Of a DNA stretch of 64,000 nucleotides, positions 51,914-61,158 are shown one piece after another. Both the position numbers and the translations under genes were made by a program. The first letter of the stretch is position 1; each line of letters starts with the position of its first letter. This stretch comes from a virus (lineage: Duplodnaviria; Caudoviricetes), in IMG/VR virus record IMGVR_UViG_3300035497_000162, positions 32,001 through 96,000 of that record; one strand, given 5' to 3'. Below the pieces are notes generated by a model. That model was not told the origin of the DNA. It ran no database searches and was given only the letters and a program-made list of their open reading frames with translations.

Positions 51914-52480
51914 TTGATATTAAATGAAGCTAAAATAAAAGAATTACAGTCTAAAACTCGAAATCAAACTCCAAAGTTAGCTGGTAGGTCTAACTATGTT
52001 AATACAGATTATATAGGTATTAGTAAATTCGGTATTTTTAATTTTAGAACTACTAGTCAAACAAGTCCTGGAAATTATTGGTATCAGACCTTAGAAATAG
52101 TAGACTTTGAATCTAAGATAATGGATGAAGATATTACAGCTGATTTTATTAAAGATTTAATAGAAAATAATGATATAAGAATTATGTGTGATTGTTTAAC
52201 TGGAGATTCAAACATATTAATGGAGGATGGAACATGTAAATATATAAAGGATATTGAAGAAGGAGATAGAGTTGTAACTCACTTAGGTAATGTTAAAACT
52301 GTAAGAGGTAAGTCTAAAAGACCAGCTGATAACGATTTACTAGAAATAGATTTAGGTGATAGAAAAATTAAATGTACTAAAAATCATCAGTTTTTAGTAA
52401 ATGATGGTAAAAACAATACTTGGGTATATGCTAAAGATTTAACTACTGATATGGAATTATTAGAGCTAGGAGATGTATAA
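51914..52480 (+). CDS. SWIM-type protein N-extein plus split intein N-part (from C94, nt 52193)
   Basis: MCD|CLTGDSNILM...IKDIEEGDRV...CTKNHQF...WVYAKDL. Confidence 0.88.
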   Translation: MILNEAKIKELQSKTRNQTPKLAGRSNYVNTDYIGISKFGIFNFRTTSQTSPGNYWYQTLEIVDFESKIMDEDITADFIKDLIENNDIRIMCDCLTGDSNILMEDGTCKYIKDIEEGDRVVTHLGNVKTVRGKSKRPADNDLLEIDLGDRKIKCTKNHQFLVNDGKNNTWVYAKDLTTDMELLELGDV

Positions 52481-53188
52481 ATGTTTGGATATATTTATGA
52501 AACAACTAATTTAATAAATGGAAAGAAGTATATAGGACAAAAGACTAGTAAAATATTTTTAAAAGAAAAATATTTAGGTTCTGGAACTTATTTAAAAAGA
52601 GCTTTAAATAAGTATGGAAAAGAAAATTTTAAAGTAAGACTTATAGAAGAATGTGATTCTAAAGAAGAATTAGATAGTCAAGAAATATATTGGATAGATT
52701 ATTACAATGCAGTGAAGTCTAAAGATTATTATAATCAATCTAGTGGTGGAGAACATTGGGATTTACCTAGTGAATACATTGCTGAAACTAATAGAAAATA
52801 TCAATCAAAAAAGATGAAAGGTAGAATTTATATCAGTAGAAATTATGATGAAGAAAAACTTATTTGGTCATATGAATTGGATGAGTATACTAATTGTGGT
52901 TGGACGAGGGGTAGAAGTAAAAAATCTAAACTTGTTATTAGTCAGAAAACTAAGGAAGCTTTAAAAGATGTGGTTTTTACAGAAGAACAGAGATATAAGA
53001 TGGGTTCTCCTAATCGAGGCAAACATCTTTCAGAAGAAACTAAAACTAAAATGTCTAATTATTGGAAAAATAGACCAAAGCCTTGGAGTAGACAACTTAA
53101 ATCAGAAGAGACAAAAGCTAAAATGTCTATTTCAGCTAGAAATAGAAAAAGGGATGCTAAAGGTCGTTTTATAAAGGAGGTATTATAA
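52481..53188 (+). CDS. GIY-YIG endonuclease between the split intein halves
   Basis: GYIYETTNLINGKKYIG, HLSEETKTKMS. Confidence 0.9.
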   Translation: MFGYIYETTNLINGKKYIGQKTSKIFLKEKYLGSGTYLKRALNKYGKENFKVRLIEECDSKEELDSQEIYWIDYYNAVKSKDYYNQSSGGEHWDLPSEYIAETNRKYQSKKMKGRIYISRNYDEEKLIWSYELDEYTNCGWTRGRSKKSKLVISQKTKEALKDVVFTEEQRYKMGSPNRGKHLSEETKTKMSNYWKNRPKPWSRQLKSEETKAKMSISARNRKRDAKGRFIKEVL

Positions 53189-53839
53189 ATGTCTGCAAAA
53201 ATAAAAGGAATAAAAGAAATACCTAATGAAGATGTTTACTGTTTAGCAGTAGAAGATGATGAATCTTATATTGTAAGTAATGTTATAAGTCATAATTGTC
53301 CATCATTTTTATATTGGGGTCTAAAGTATATGGCTTGGAATAGAGATTATGGATTAGAACCTGAAAATAGATACCCAGAAGTAAATAATACTGAACTAAG
53401 AGGAGCTTTGTGTAAACACCTTCTTAGTGTAGTAGATTTAGTTCATTCTGGTAATTTGTATGAACAGATGGCTAAAGATACTATAAATTGGAGATCTTAT
53501 AGAAATGGAGAAACTCATGGTACTTTCAGTAAAGGTAGATTAATGGGAGATGCTAAAAACAAAAAGAATAGAATAAATTGGGAAAACTATGATAGTTATA
53601 TGAATGATTATTTTGCATCATTAGCAGGAAAAAATAAATTTTTAGATGACGAAGATATAAAGGGTAGTTTAAAAGATGAAATAGAAAGAACAGCTAAAAC
53701 AGATCCTAATATGACCTTAGATGACTTTATCTCTGATGAATTTGGAGTAGATGGTATGCAAGGTTTAGCTAACGAGTTACAGATAGATATAGACTATATT
53801 AGAAAATATTTTAAAGATTTAGGATTCGTAGAGCTATAG
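53189..53839 (+). CDS. split intein C-part (36 aa) plus C-extein
   Basis: VYCLAVEDDESYIVSNVISHN|CPSFLYWG...LCKHL. Confidence 0.88.
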   Translation: MSAKIKGIKEIPNEDVYCLAVEDDESYIVSNVISHNCPSFLYWGLKYMAWNRDYGLEPENRYPEVNNTELRGALCKHLLSVVDLVHSGNLYEQMAKDTINWRSYRNGETHGTFSKGRLMGDAKNKKNRINWENYDSYMNDYFASLAGKNKFLDDEDIKGSLKDEIERTAKTDPNMTLDDFISDEFGVDGMQGLANELQIDIDYIRKYFKDLGFVEL

Positions 53840-53856
53840 AAAGGAGTTGAATTAAA

Positions 53857-54738
53857 TTGCCTATATTAAATAGAAAGAGCCAAACTAGAACTATACAACC
53901 TTATTTTAAAACTATACAGGATAATATATTACCTTTATTAAGTAACTATGGTATTAGCATGAGTACTACACCTATAAATTCTACTATGACTCAAGTATCT
54001 TATTCTGGTAATACTTATAATAATGATAGAGTTATAATAGATTTTTTAAGTAATAGCTCTAAGATAGAAGATAATGATTCTCTATTTTGTAATGTTCATT
54101 ATAATTCTGGTGCAAATTCAGCAGGAATTATAAATCTTAAAGAATTAGATGATAGTATCTTACAAATAGTTCATGCTTTAAATGAATTAGGATATAAAAC
54201 TCCAGAAGAAAACCAAGAAGCTATCGAAAAAGCTGAAAAAGAAAAAGCTAATAAAAAAGGTGATTGGAAAACTAGATATAAAGATAAAGAAGATTTTTTA
54301 AAGAAAAATATAATACCTGATGAACCAAATGATAGCAAGAATGATGGTGAATCATATAAACAAGATCAAGAGCTATCAGTTAAAGAATCTAAAGATAAGT
54401 TTGATAAATATTTGAAAGTAATGACTAAAAATAATATGGCTGACTCTCGTATGTTTATTACTATATTAGTACCAACTGGGTCTGTTAGAAAAGCCTTAAG
54501 TATAGATTTAATATATGTTGATTCAGAAAATTGTAATATTAAAACTGAAGGAATATCACCTAAAATAGATAAACAAACTACTTGGACTAAAGCAAAAAAT
54601 TATATATTTAAAGTAACCGAATCAGTAAATGGAACTATTTCTATAGAAGCTTCTGATGTTAATGGTAAATCTATAGATATAAAAGATACTGTAGTAAATA
54701 ATGTAGAAGATGATATTGATTTAGGATTTGAAGTTTAA
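53857..54738 (+). CDS. hypothetical protein in the head module
   Basis: 293-aa ORF. Confidence 0.7.
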   Translation: MPILNRKSQTRTIQPYFKTIQDNILPLLSNYGISMSTTPINSTMTQVSYSGNTYNNDRVIIDFLSNSSKIEDNDSLFCNVHYNSGANSAGIINLKELDDSILQIVHALNELGYKTPEENQEAIEKAEKEKANKKGDWKTRYKDKEDFLKKNIIPDEPNDSKNDGESYKQDQELSVKESKDKFDKYLKVMTKNNMADSRMFITILVPTGSVRKALSIDLIYVDSENCNIKTEGISPKIDKQTTWTKAKNYIFKVTESVNGTISIEASDVNGKSIDIKDTVVNNVEDDIDLGFEV

Positions 54739-54753
54739 TAAGGAGGTATTAGT

Positions 54754-55467
54754 ATGAAACAAATATTAAATGAAAATATGACTACTTCATTATTTGAAGA
54801 AGTAAAAGAAGATAAACCAAATGGTATTTTAAAAAGAATTAAAGGAGTAGTTGCAGATTTTAAGTCTAACCGCAATGGTAGAGTTTATCCTAGAGAATTG
54901 TGGGAGAATGTAATAAATTCAGAATATGTTAAAGAGATGATGGAAAGTAAATGTTTATTTGGGGAATCGAACCACCCATTCGATGATAGGGTAGAAATAG
55001 ATTTAAATAATGTGAGTCATTGTATACATGACCTATACATTGAAGGTGATAGTGTAATAGGAGTACTAGATTTATTACCTACTCCAGCTGGAGAAATTAT
55101 TAATAATCTTATAGACTATGGTAGTAAAATAGGTGTATCTAGTAGAGGTGCTGGAGAAGTAAATTCAGATGGTACTGTAGATGCTGACTCATACAACTTT
55201 TTTACTTTTGATTTAGTTCCTAGACCTAGTGTAGCTGCAGCTAGACCTACTATAATAGAATCTGAAGAAGTAAAACCAGAAAAGTTACTTACTGAAAGTG
55301 AAATAGCTAATATAATGAATAATTATAGGAATATAGACAAAAAATTAAATGAAACTTCATCTAAAGATACTAGTTATTCATATATTATTGAAGGAGTACA
55401 AAAAACTATATCTACTAATATAATAAATAGATTAATTAAAGAAAGTGATGAACTAAATATTCTATAA
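54754..55467 (+). CDS. prohead protease (T4 gp21-like)
   Basis: NRNGRVYP, GESNHP, TPAG, GVSSRGAG, FDLV..PS. Confidence 0.92.
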   Translation: MKQILNENMTTSLFEEVKEDKPNGILKRIKGVVADFKSNRNGRVYPRELWENVINSEYVKEMMESKCLFGESNHPFDDRVEIDLNNVSHCIHDLYIEGDSVIGVLDLLPTPAGEIINNLIDYGSKIGVSSRGAGEVNSDGTVDADSYNFFTFDLVPRPSVAAARPTIIESEEVKPEKLLTESEIANIMNNYRNIDKKLNETSSKDTSYSYIIEGVQKTISTNIINRLIKESDELNIL

Positions 55468-55652
55468 TTAGAAAGTCTTAGATTAAAAATCTAAGACTTT
55501 TATCATTTTAATGATAATTTATATTACATTAAATAATAAAGTGCTAAAAATAATACAAAAATTACAATTTCTTTATATATACAATTAGAAGAGAGTATTT
55601 TTATTCTTTTAGATTTTAATTTTATTACAAATTATATAAAGGAGGAAAACAA

Positions 55653-57041
55653 ATGGTAGTAGATAAAATGTACCTACAAGAAGGACAAGCTTTAGTTAAA
55701 AAACACAATCGTATGATTAGTGCTGTTAATAAAGCTTTAAAAGAATCAGCAGCATTTGGTGGTGGATTAGATAATGAAAGACAAATGTCATTAGCTATTA
55801 TGTTAGAGAACGTATCAAAAAATTTTGATGCTAATTCTCCTAAAATAATGACAGAATCAGGAACACAAGTTGTTGATATAGCAAAGAAAAACGAATATTT
55901 AAATTTAGTTGCTGCTGTTATGCCTACACTTGTTGCTGAAGAAGTTGTTAGTGTTCAGCCACTTAAACAAAAAGCTGGTGTAGCTTATTACATGAAACAT
56001 GTATATGATAGCAATAGAGGACAAATAGCTCAAGGAGATAGAATCAGTGATTACGTACAAGTTGGACCTGATGCTGATAAAATTCCTAATGCTTTCAATT
56101 ACACTTCTGAAAATATTGAAGGAGAGCAAGTTGTTGTTAGTGAAGGTAAATTCACTCTAGCTTGGTTACCAGTAGTTCCTGGATCTTTAACTTTCACTAA
56201 AGAAGGTGGAGAAGTTGTTACTGATAATGGTGATGGAACTTTATCTGATGGAGGAACTATAGATTATGCTACTGGAATAGTAACTACTACATCTACATTA
56301 GCTGAAGAGAACGAAGTATCTTATAAACAAGATCTATTTACAGCTCCAGTTAATGCTCCAGCTGTTAAAACAATTATAGCTGATGTTACTATTACAGCTA
56401 GACCACGTAAATTAAAAACAGGATTCAGTATGGATGCTGCTTATGATTTAAGTGCTACACAAAATATTGATTTACAAACTATATTACAAGCTACAGCTAC
56501 TGATGAAATTAGAGCTGAAATAGATGGTGAAATTTTAAATGATTTAGGAAATTCTGGAACTACTATGAGTGTAAGCTTCAATAAACCAGTTCCATTCGGA
56601 ATCAATAAACATGACCACTATGAGAGCTTCTATCAAGTATTAGTAGAAGGAGCTAACAAAGTATACCAAAAAACTAGAAGAGTTACACCTAACATCGTTA
56701 TTGTTGGTGAATTAGCTGCTAACATAGTTGAAACTATGGATAAATTTAAAGCTGCTTCTAGCTTAAATACTGCTGGACCTCATATAATGGGAACATTAGC
56801 TAATAGATTTATGATTGTTAAAAATCCTTATTTCCCAGCAAATAAATTTACTCTAGTATATAGAGGGGATGTTACATTAGACACTGGATATGTATATTGT
56901 CCTTATATGCCTATAACAGCTACTCAATTTATATTAGGTGATAATTTTTATGGGTCACAAGGATATGCTACTAGCTATGGAAAGAAACTTGTAGCATCTG
57001 AATTCTTCTGTAATGGATTGATTACTGAGGTTAATCAATAA
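55653..57041 (+). CDS. major capsid protein (T4 gp23-like)
   Basis: VSVQPL, ARPRKLK, EIRAEIDGEIL, YCPYMP. Confidence 0.92.
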   Translation: MVVDKMYLQEGQALVKKHNRMISAVNKALKESAAFGGGLDNERQMSLAIMLENVSKNFDANSPKIMTESGTQVVDIAKKNEYLNLVAAVMPTLVAEEVVSVQPLKQKAGVAYYMKHVYDSNRGQIAQGDRISDYVQVGPDADKIPNAFNYTSENIEGEQVVVSEGKFTLAWLPVVPGSLTFTKEGGEVVTDNGDGTLSDGGTIDYATGIVTTTSTLAEENEVSYKQDLFTAPVNAPAVKTIIADVTITARPRKLKTGFSMDAAYDLSATQNIDLQTILQATATDEIRAEIDGEILNDLGNSGTTMSVSFNKPVPFGINKHDHYESFYQVLVEGANKVYQKTRRVTPNIVIVGELAANIVETMDKFKAASSLNTAGPHIMGTLANRFMIVKNPYFPANKFTLVYRGDVTLDTGYVYCPYMPITATQFILGDNFYGSQGYATSYGKKLVASEFFCNGLITEVNQ

Positions 57042-57051
57042 TATTTTATAT

Positions 57052-57082
57052 AAAGGAGATAGATTAAGTTCTATCTCTTTTA
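57052..57082 (+). terminator. intrinsic terminator after the MCP gene
   Basis: AGGAGATAGA/TCTATCTCTT stem plus T-run. Confidence 0.7.
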
Positions 57083-57090
57083 TTATTCTG

Positions 57091-57119
57091 TTTACTTTTT
57101 ACATATAGTATGTTATAAT
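57091..57119 (+). promoter_or_regulatory. sigma-A promoter for the cargo gene and cassette 7
   Basis: TTTACT-17 bp-TATAAT with extended TG. Confidence 0.65.
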
Positions 57120-57143
57120 TATATAATAAGAGGTGATAGAACT

Positions 57144-57980
57144 ATGCTTGAAAATAAAAGTAGGAAGATTTTAAAAATAGATAAAACACTACCAACTATA
57201 AAGTTACCAGGTAATAAATTACAAATGTTTATTGACTGGTGGAATGAAGATATAAGGTTTGAAAAATCTATACCTCATTCATTTAATGAAGGGTATTTAG
57301 TAATTAGTGGATTAAATAATAATATAAGTTTATCTAGTAAAGAAACTAAAGAAACTATTAGTATTATAGCTAAATCTATGAAAACTACATACAGATATGT
57401 TGAGAATAAGTTTATTGAATTTTTAGATAATATAAGTAATGTAACTATATATTTTAAATTTTTAGATACTAATAAACTATATTTAGAAAGCTATGATATA
57501 TTAAATACATTAATATCAAAGATGACTATTGAATTTGGTGATAGTAAACAATATGAAGATGAACTACTTTTATTTAAAAACATGAATAATTTTGATGATT
57601 TTCTTAATGTTATTAATAAGTCATTATTAGCATTATTAGCTACAAGTTTATGGTATATATCTACAGCTTCTACTAATACTAAATATATTTACGAAAAGAG
57701 TACTCCACAAATATATAAAGATAAAAATACTGTAAAAGTTAAAGTGAATAAAATAATTAAGAATACTATTTATGACTTTAATAAAATTAGATATATTAAA
57801 GTAGATACTCTTAAAACTAGAAAAAGAGGTTGGACTTATTCACATAGTTTTCAAGTACATGGTCATTATAGACATTATAAGAATGGAAAAACTATATTCA
57901 TAGATTCGTATATTAAGGGAAAGAACAAAGAATTTAAAGCACAGACTTTTGAATTAAATCCAGAAAAGATAAAAGATTAA
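57144..57980 (+). CDS. hypothetical protein directly upstream of cassette 7
   Basis: C-terminal FQVHGHYRHYKNGKTIFI..YIKG motif. Confidence 0.75.
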   Translation: MLENKSRKILKIDKTLPTIKLPGNKLQMFIDWWNEDIRFEKSIPHSFNEGYLVISGLNNNISLSSKETKETISIIAKSMKTTYRYVENKFIEFLDNISNVTIYFKFLDTNKLYLESYDILNTLISKMTIEFGDSKQYEDELLLFKNMNNFDDFLNVINKSLLALLATSLWYISTASTNTKYIYEKSTPQIYKDKNTVKVKVNKIIKNTIYDFNKIRYIKVDTLKTRKRGWTYSHSFQVHGHYRHYKNGKTIFIDSYIKGKNKEFKAQTFELNPEKIKD

Positions 57981-57990
57981 ATATAATATT

Positions 57991-58309
57991 GAGGTAGTTT
58001 ATACCTTTAAAGTACATCGTTACTCATATAGAGTTTAGGTGTAAAGTTATGTTATTTGAAGTTTTATATGTATATAAAATAACATAGTAATAAAACAGGG
58101 CTTCAATTAAAACACTATTTAACGTTTTATATGTATATAAAATAACATAGTAATAAAACACAAAAGCTGCTATAAAGACACTATTTAACGTTTTATATGT
58201 ATACTAAATAACATAGTAATAAAACATTTAGTAAGAGATTTACACTCTTTCTTTTGTTTTACACATATATAAAATAACATAGTAATAAAACAATAGCATA
58301 CAAGTAAGT
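57991..58309 (+). CRISPR. guide cassette 7: scaffold, 4 repeats, 3 spacers, terminal guide
   Basis: Repeats at 58061, 58124, 58190, 58256; spacers of 27, 30 and 30 nt; terminator about 58315-58345. Confidence 0.93.
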
Positions 58310-58426
58310 ATTAGAAAGATAGTCATAAGTTAGCTATCTTTTATTTTTTTCTAATATTTTATATATAATAATAGAGTATTATTTATAGTAATTTATATAT
58401 GCTCTATTAGAGAGGAGGAAATTAAA

Positions 58427-58942
58427 ATGTCAAATACTTATAATGTAAAAATATCTTTTAAGGGAGAAGGAAATCTTTCTTTTGTTTTACCAGGATATGG
58501 TGAATTAACTATTTATAATAAAAAGGATATTTTTGTTAAAGGATTAACTGTAAATGGAGTAGAAGCTTTAAGACAACTTAGACCTTTATTATTAGACCAT
58601 CAATTAAATGCTAAACCAGATGGATGTTACAAAGTAATAGATTTAACTAATACTAATATAATTACACCTAAAGATTATTTTGAGAGATCTTCTAAAGAGC
58701 CTACTAAATCTGTAGCTGAATTAAAAGCTAGTATGATTAAATCAAATGGTCCTATAATAGAAGAAATAGAAGAAACTCAAGAAGAAATAGAAGAAACTCA
58801 AGAAGAAATAGAAGAAATAGAAGAGATAGAAGAAAGTAAAGAAGAAGAAAATATCGAACCTGAAGTAAAAACACCTAAATCAACTAAACCATCTGCTGCT
58901 AAGACTACAGCTAAAAGACAAACTAAAAGAAAAAAACGCTAG
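58427..58942 (+). CDS. hypothetical virion-module protein with EEIEETQ repeats
   Basis: 171 aa; acidic repeat followed by a basic tail. Confidence 0.7.
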   Translation: MSNTYNVKISFKGEGNLSFVLPGYGELTIYNKKDIFVKGLTVNGVEALRQLRPLLLDHQLNAKPDGCYKVIDLTNTNIITPKDYFERSSKEPTKSVAELKASMIKSNGPIIEEIEETQEEIEETQEEIEEIEEIEESKEEENIEPEVKTPKSTKPSAAKTTAKRQTKRKKR

Positions 58943-58964
58943 AGATAGAGAGGAGTAAATTAAC

Positions 58965-59618
58965 ATGACTAATGCTGATGTAAGAAAATATGTTAAAACT
59001 CAATTAGGTATTTCTTGGGTAGATGTAGAAGCTGAAAATAGAGATATAGATGAATTGATAAAAATGGCTTTGGATAAACTAACACCTTACTATGAAGGAC
59101 ATAGATTCGTTCAAGCATCAGGTAGTGTTATAGATTTATCAAATCATCATCCACTAACAATAGAAAAGATTTATAGTGTTACTAGTAATCAAATAGCATC
59201 TTTACAAGAGTATGCTTTTGGTGGTACTGGTGTAGTATTATTTGATTCTAGTTTAATGGATAGAATTATATCTTATACTTCTTTTAAAATGCTATGGAAT
59301 GAAATTAAATATCAAAAAGGACAGAATTATAAATTAATAAAAGACACTTTATATATAGATGGATATGATGGTGAGGTTCTTATCGATATGTTAGTTAGAC
59401 CTACTGTAATATCAGATATAGAAGAATCTTCAATGTATCATAGTTGGGTAAAAGAATATGTTTTAGCTTTAACTAAAGAATTACTAGGAAGAGTTAGAGG
59501 AAAATTTGTTGTAGATGGTAGCCCTTATAGTTTAGACTCATCTCAATTATTATCTGAGGCTCAACAGGAAAAAGCTAATTTAGAATCACAATTACAAGGT
59601 GAAATATTTTGCATATAG
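58965..59618 (+). CDS. neck protein (gp13-like)
   Basis: QLG...VDVE; WVKEYVLALTKELLGRVRGKF. Confidence 0.75.
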   Translation: MTNADVRKYVKTQLGISWVDVEAENRDIDELIKMALDKLTPYYEGHRFVQASGSVIDLSNHHPLTIEKIYSVTSNQIASLQEYAFGGTGVVLFDSSLMDRIISYTSFKMLWNEIKYQKGQNYKLIKDTLYIDGYDGEVLIDMLVRPTVISDIEESSMYHSWVKEYVLALTKELLGRVRGKFVVDGSPYSLDSSQLLSEAQQEKANLESQLQGEIFCI

Positions 59619-59630
59619 GAGGTAATATAA

Positions 59631-60203
59631 ATGACTGTGAAAAAACCTAGAGGAAAACTTTATCCTTCTTTTAGAGAAATAGAATTATATAGAAAGAATT
59701 TTGTAGAAGGTGCTAATCTTCAAGGTCGCTCAGGTTATTTATATGAAGTAGATTCTACAAAAATAAGTAATACCGATGAATACTATAGTTGGAAATCTCC
59801 AGTTATAGTATCGTACTATCTAATTGAAAATCCAAAGAAGTCTATATTACAAAAATATGGATGGTATACTGAAGATAAAGATAATCAACCAATACTTTGT
59901 TACATGACCTTCAATGATGAAGATAATAAACCAATTAATCCATCTGAAGGAGCTATATTAGAAATATCTACTAGATTAGATCCTCATAAAGATAATTCTT
60001 ATATCACTCAGAAATTTGATATTGTTAAAGTTAGTACCGATTATGATTTAGCTATGTTTATATGTAATTTAGCTCCTCATAGAAAACATTTAAATCCAAT
60101 TAATCCAGTAGCTACCTCTAATGATATAAATAATGAAAATAGGTTTTTTAATAGAAAATTATTAAGTGTAGAGGATATTAATCATGATTTTGATGAATTG
60201 TAA
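59631..60203 (+). CDS. head closure / neck protein (gp14-like)
   Basis: Synteny; LQKYGW motif. Confidence 0.5.
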   Translation: MTVKKPRGKLYPSFREIELYRKNFVEGANLQGRSGYLYEVDSTKISNTDEYYSWKSPVIVSYYLIENPKKSILQKYGWYTEDKDNQPILCYMTFNDEDNKPINPSEGAILEISTRLDPHKDNSYITQKFDIVKVSTDYDLAMFICNLAPHRKHLNPINPVATSNDINNENRFFNRKLLSVEDINHDFDEL

Positions 60204-60534
60204 TAATTTTTTACAAGGAGCTCTTTCAGCCAAGGAAATGTTTATAATACTAAGTAATGCACAATTAATTAAATTACATAATGAAGGTTCATTAGGATTA
60301 TCTCAATTAGAAAAATTATACTCTCTGTCTGAAATAAAACAATCTTTTAATTCAATTAGGTTAGATAATAAAGGGTATTTATATATTCCAGAACATACTA
60401 AACAATCAAAAATATTAAGATATTTAGAATATGGCGGAGAAAATATACCACCTACGCATCTAATATCTGATGTAGTTACTAAAGTCTTTAATTCTTTAAA
60501 TATGAATGGAGGGAAATATGTATACAAATTTTAG
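60184..60534 (+). CDS. hypothetical tail-completion protein
   Basis: YLEYGGENIPP motif; synteny. Confidence 0.5.
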   Translation: MILMNCNNFLQGALSAKEMFIILSNAQLIKLHNEGSLGLSQLEKLYSLSEIKQSFNSIRLDNKGYLYIPEHTKQSKILRYLEYGGENIPPTHLISDVVTKVFNSLNMNGGKYVYKF

Positions 60535-61129
60535 CAAGTATAGTGAAGCGTTAAAATCTTTATTAAAAGAAGTATTTGTAGGTGATGTAATTCTAGAGCC
60601 AGTTGATACAGCTTTTAAGTATGCTATAGAGCAAACTAATAATAATTTAAAATTTCCATTTATTAGTTTCTATCCAGATAATTCTATAATGATAGATGCA
60701 AAAAATAATAGTATGCCTTCCTATACTGTAGGTATGCCTTATGAAAATCCAATTACTGTTTATAATGAAGATGGTAGTATTAAAGGAGAAAATAAAAGAC
60801 TATCTAAAAATACTCAATTTTTATATATAATAATAGGTTATCAATTAGATATTTGGGGTACTACTCGTCAAGATACTGAAGAGGTAATGCAAGAGCTATT
60901 ATTTTGGTTATATCAAAATCAGGAAATAAAACTAGATTATGAAGGTAATCAATTATATTTTACATTTACATTAGGAAATGAAATCATAGATAACTCTGAT
61001 TTAGTTTCTTATACTACAAATGGAAAATTATATAGATATACATATCCTATTCAGGTACAAGCAGCCTTGACGAGAAGTGAAAATTACTTTACTGTTCTTA
61101 AACCAAACATTAAGATTGAAAAATTATAG
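60506..61129 (+). CDS. tail terminator / sheath stabiliser-like
   Basis: FPFISF, YQLDIW; directly before the sheath gene. Confidence 0.55.
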   Translation: MEGNMYTNFSKYSEALKSLLKEVFVGDVILEPVDTAFKYAIEQTNNNLKFPFISFYPDNSIMIDAKNNSMPSYTVGMPYENPITVYNEDGSIKGENKRLSKNTQFLYIIIGYQLDIWGTTRQDTEEVMQELLFWLYQNQEIKLDYEGNQLYFTFTLGNEIIDNSDLVSYTTNGKLYRYTYPIQVQAALTRSENYFTVLKPNIKIEKL

Positions 61130-61158
61130 AACTAATAATAATTTAAGGAGGTATTAAT

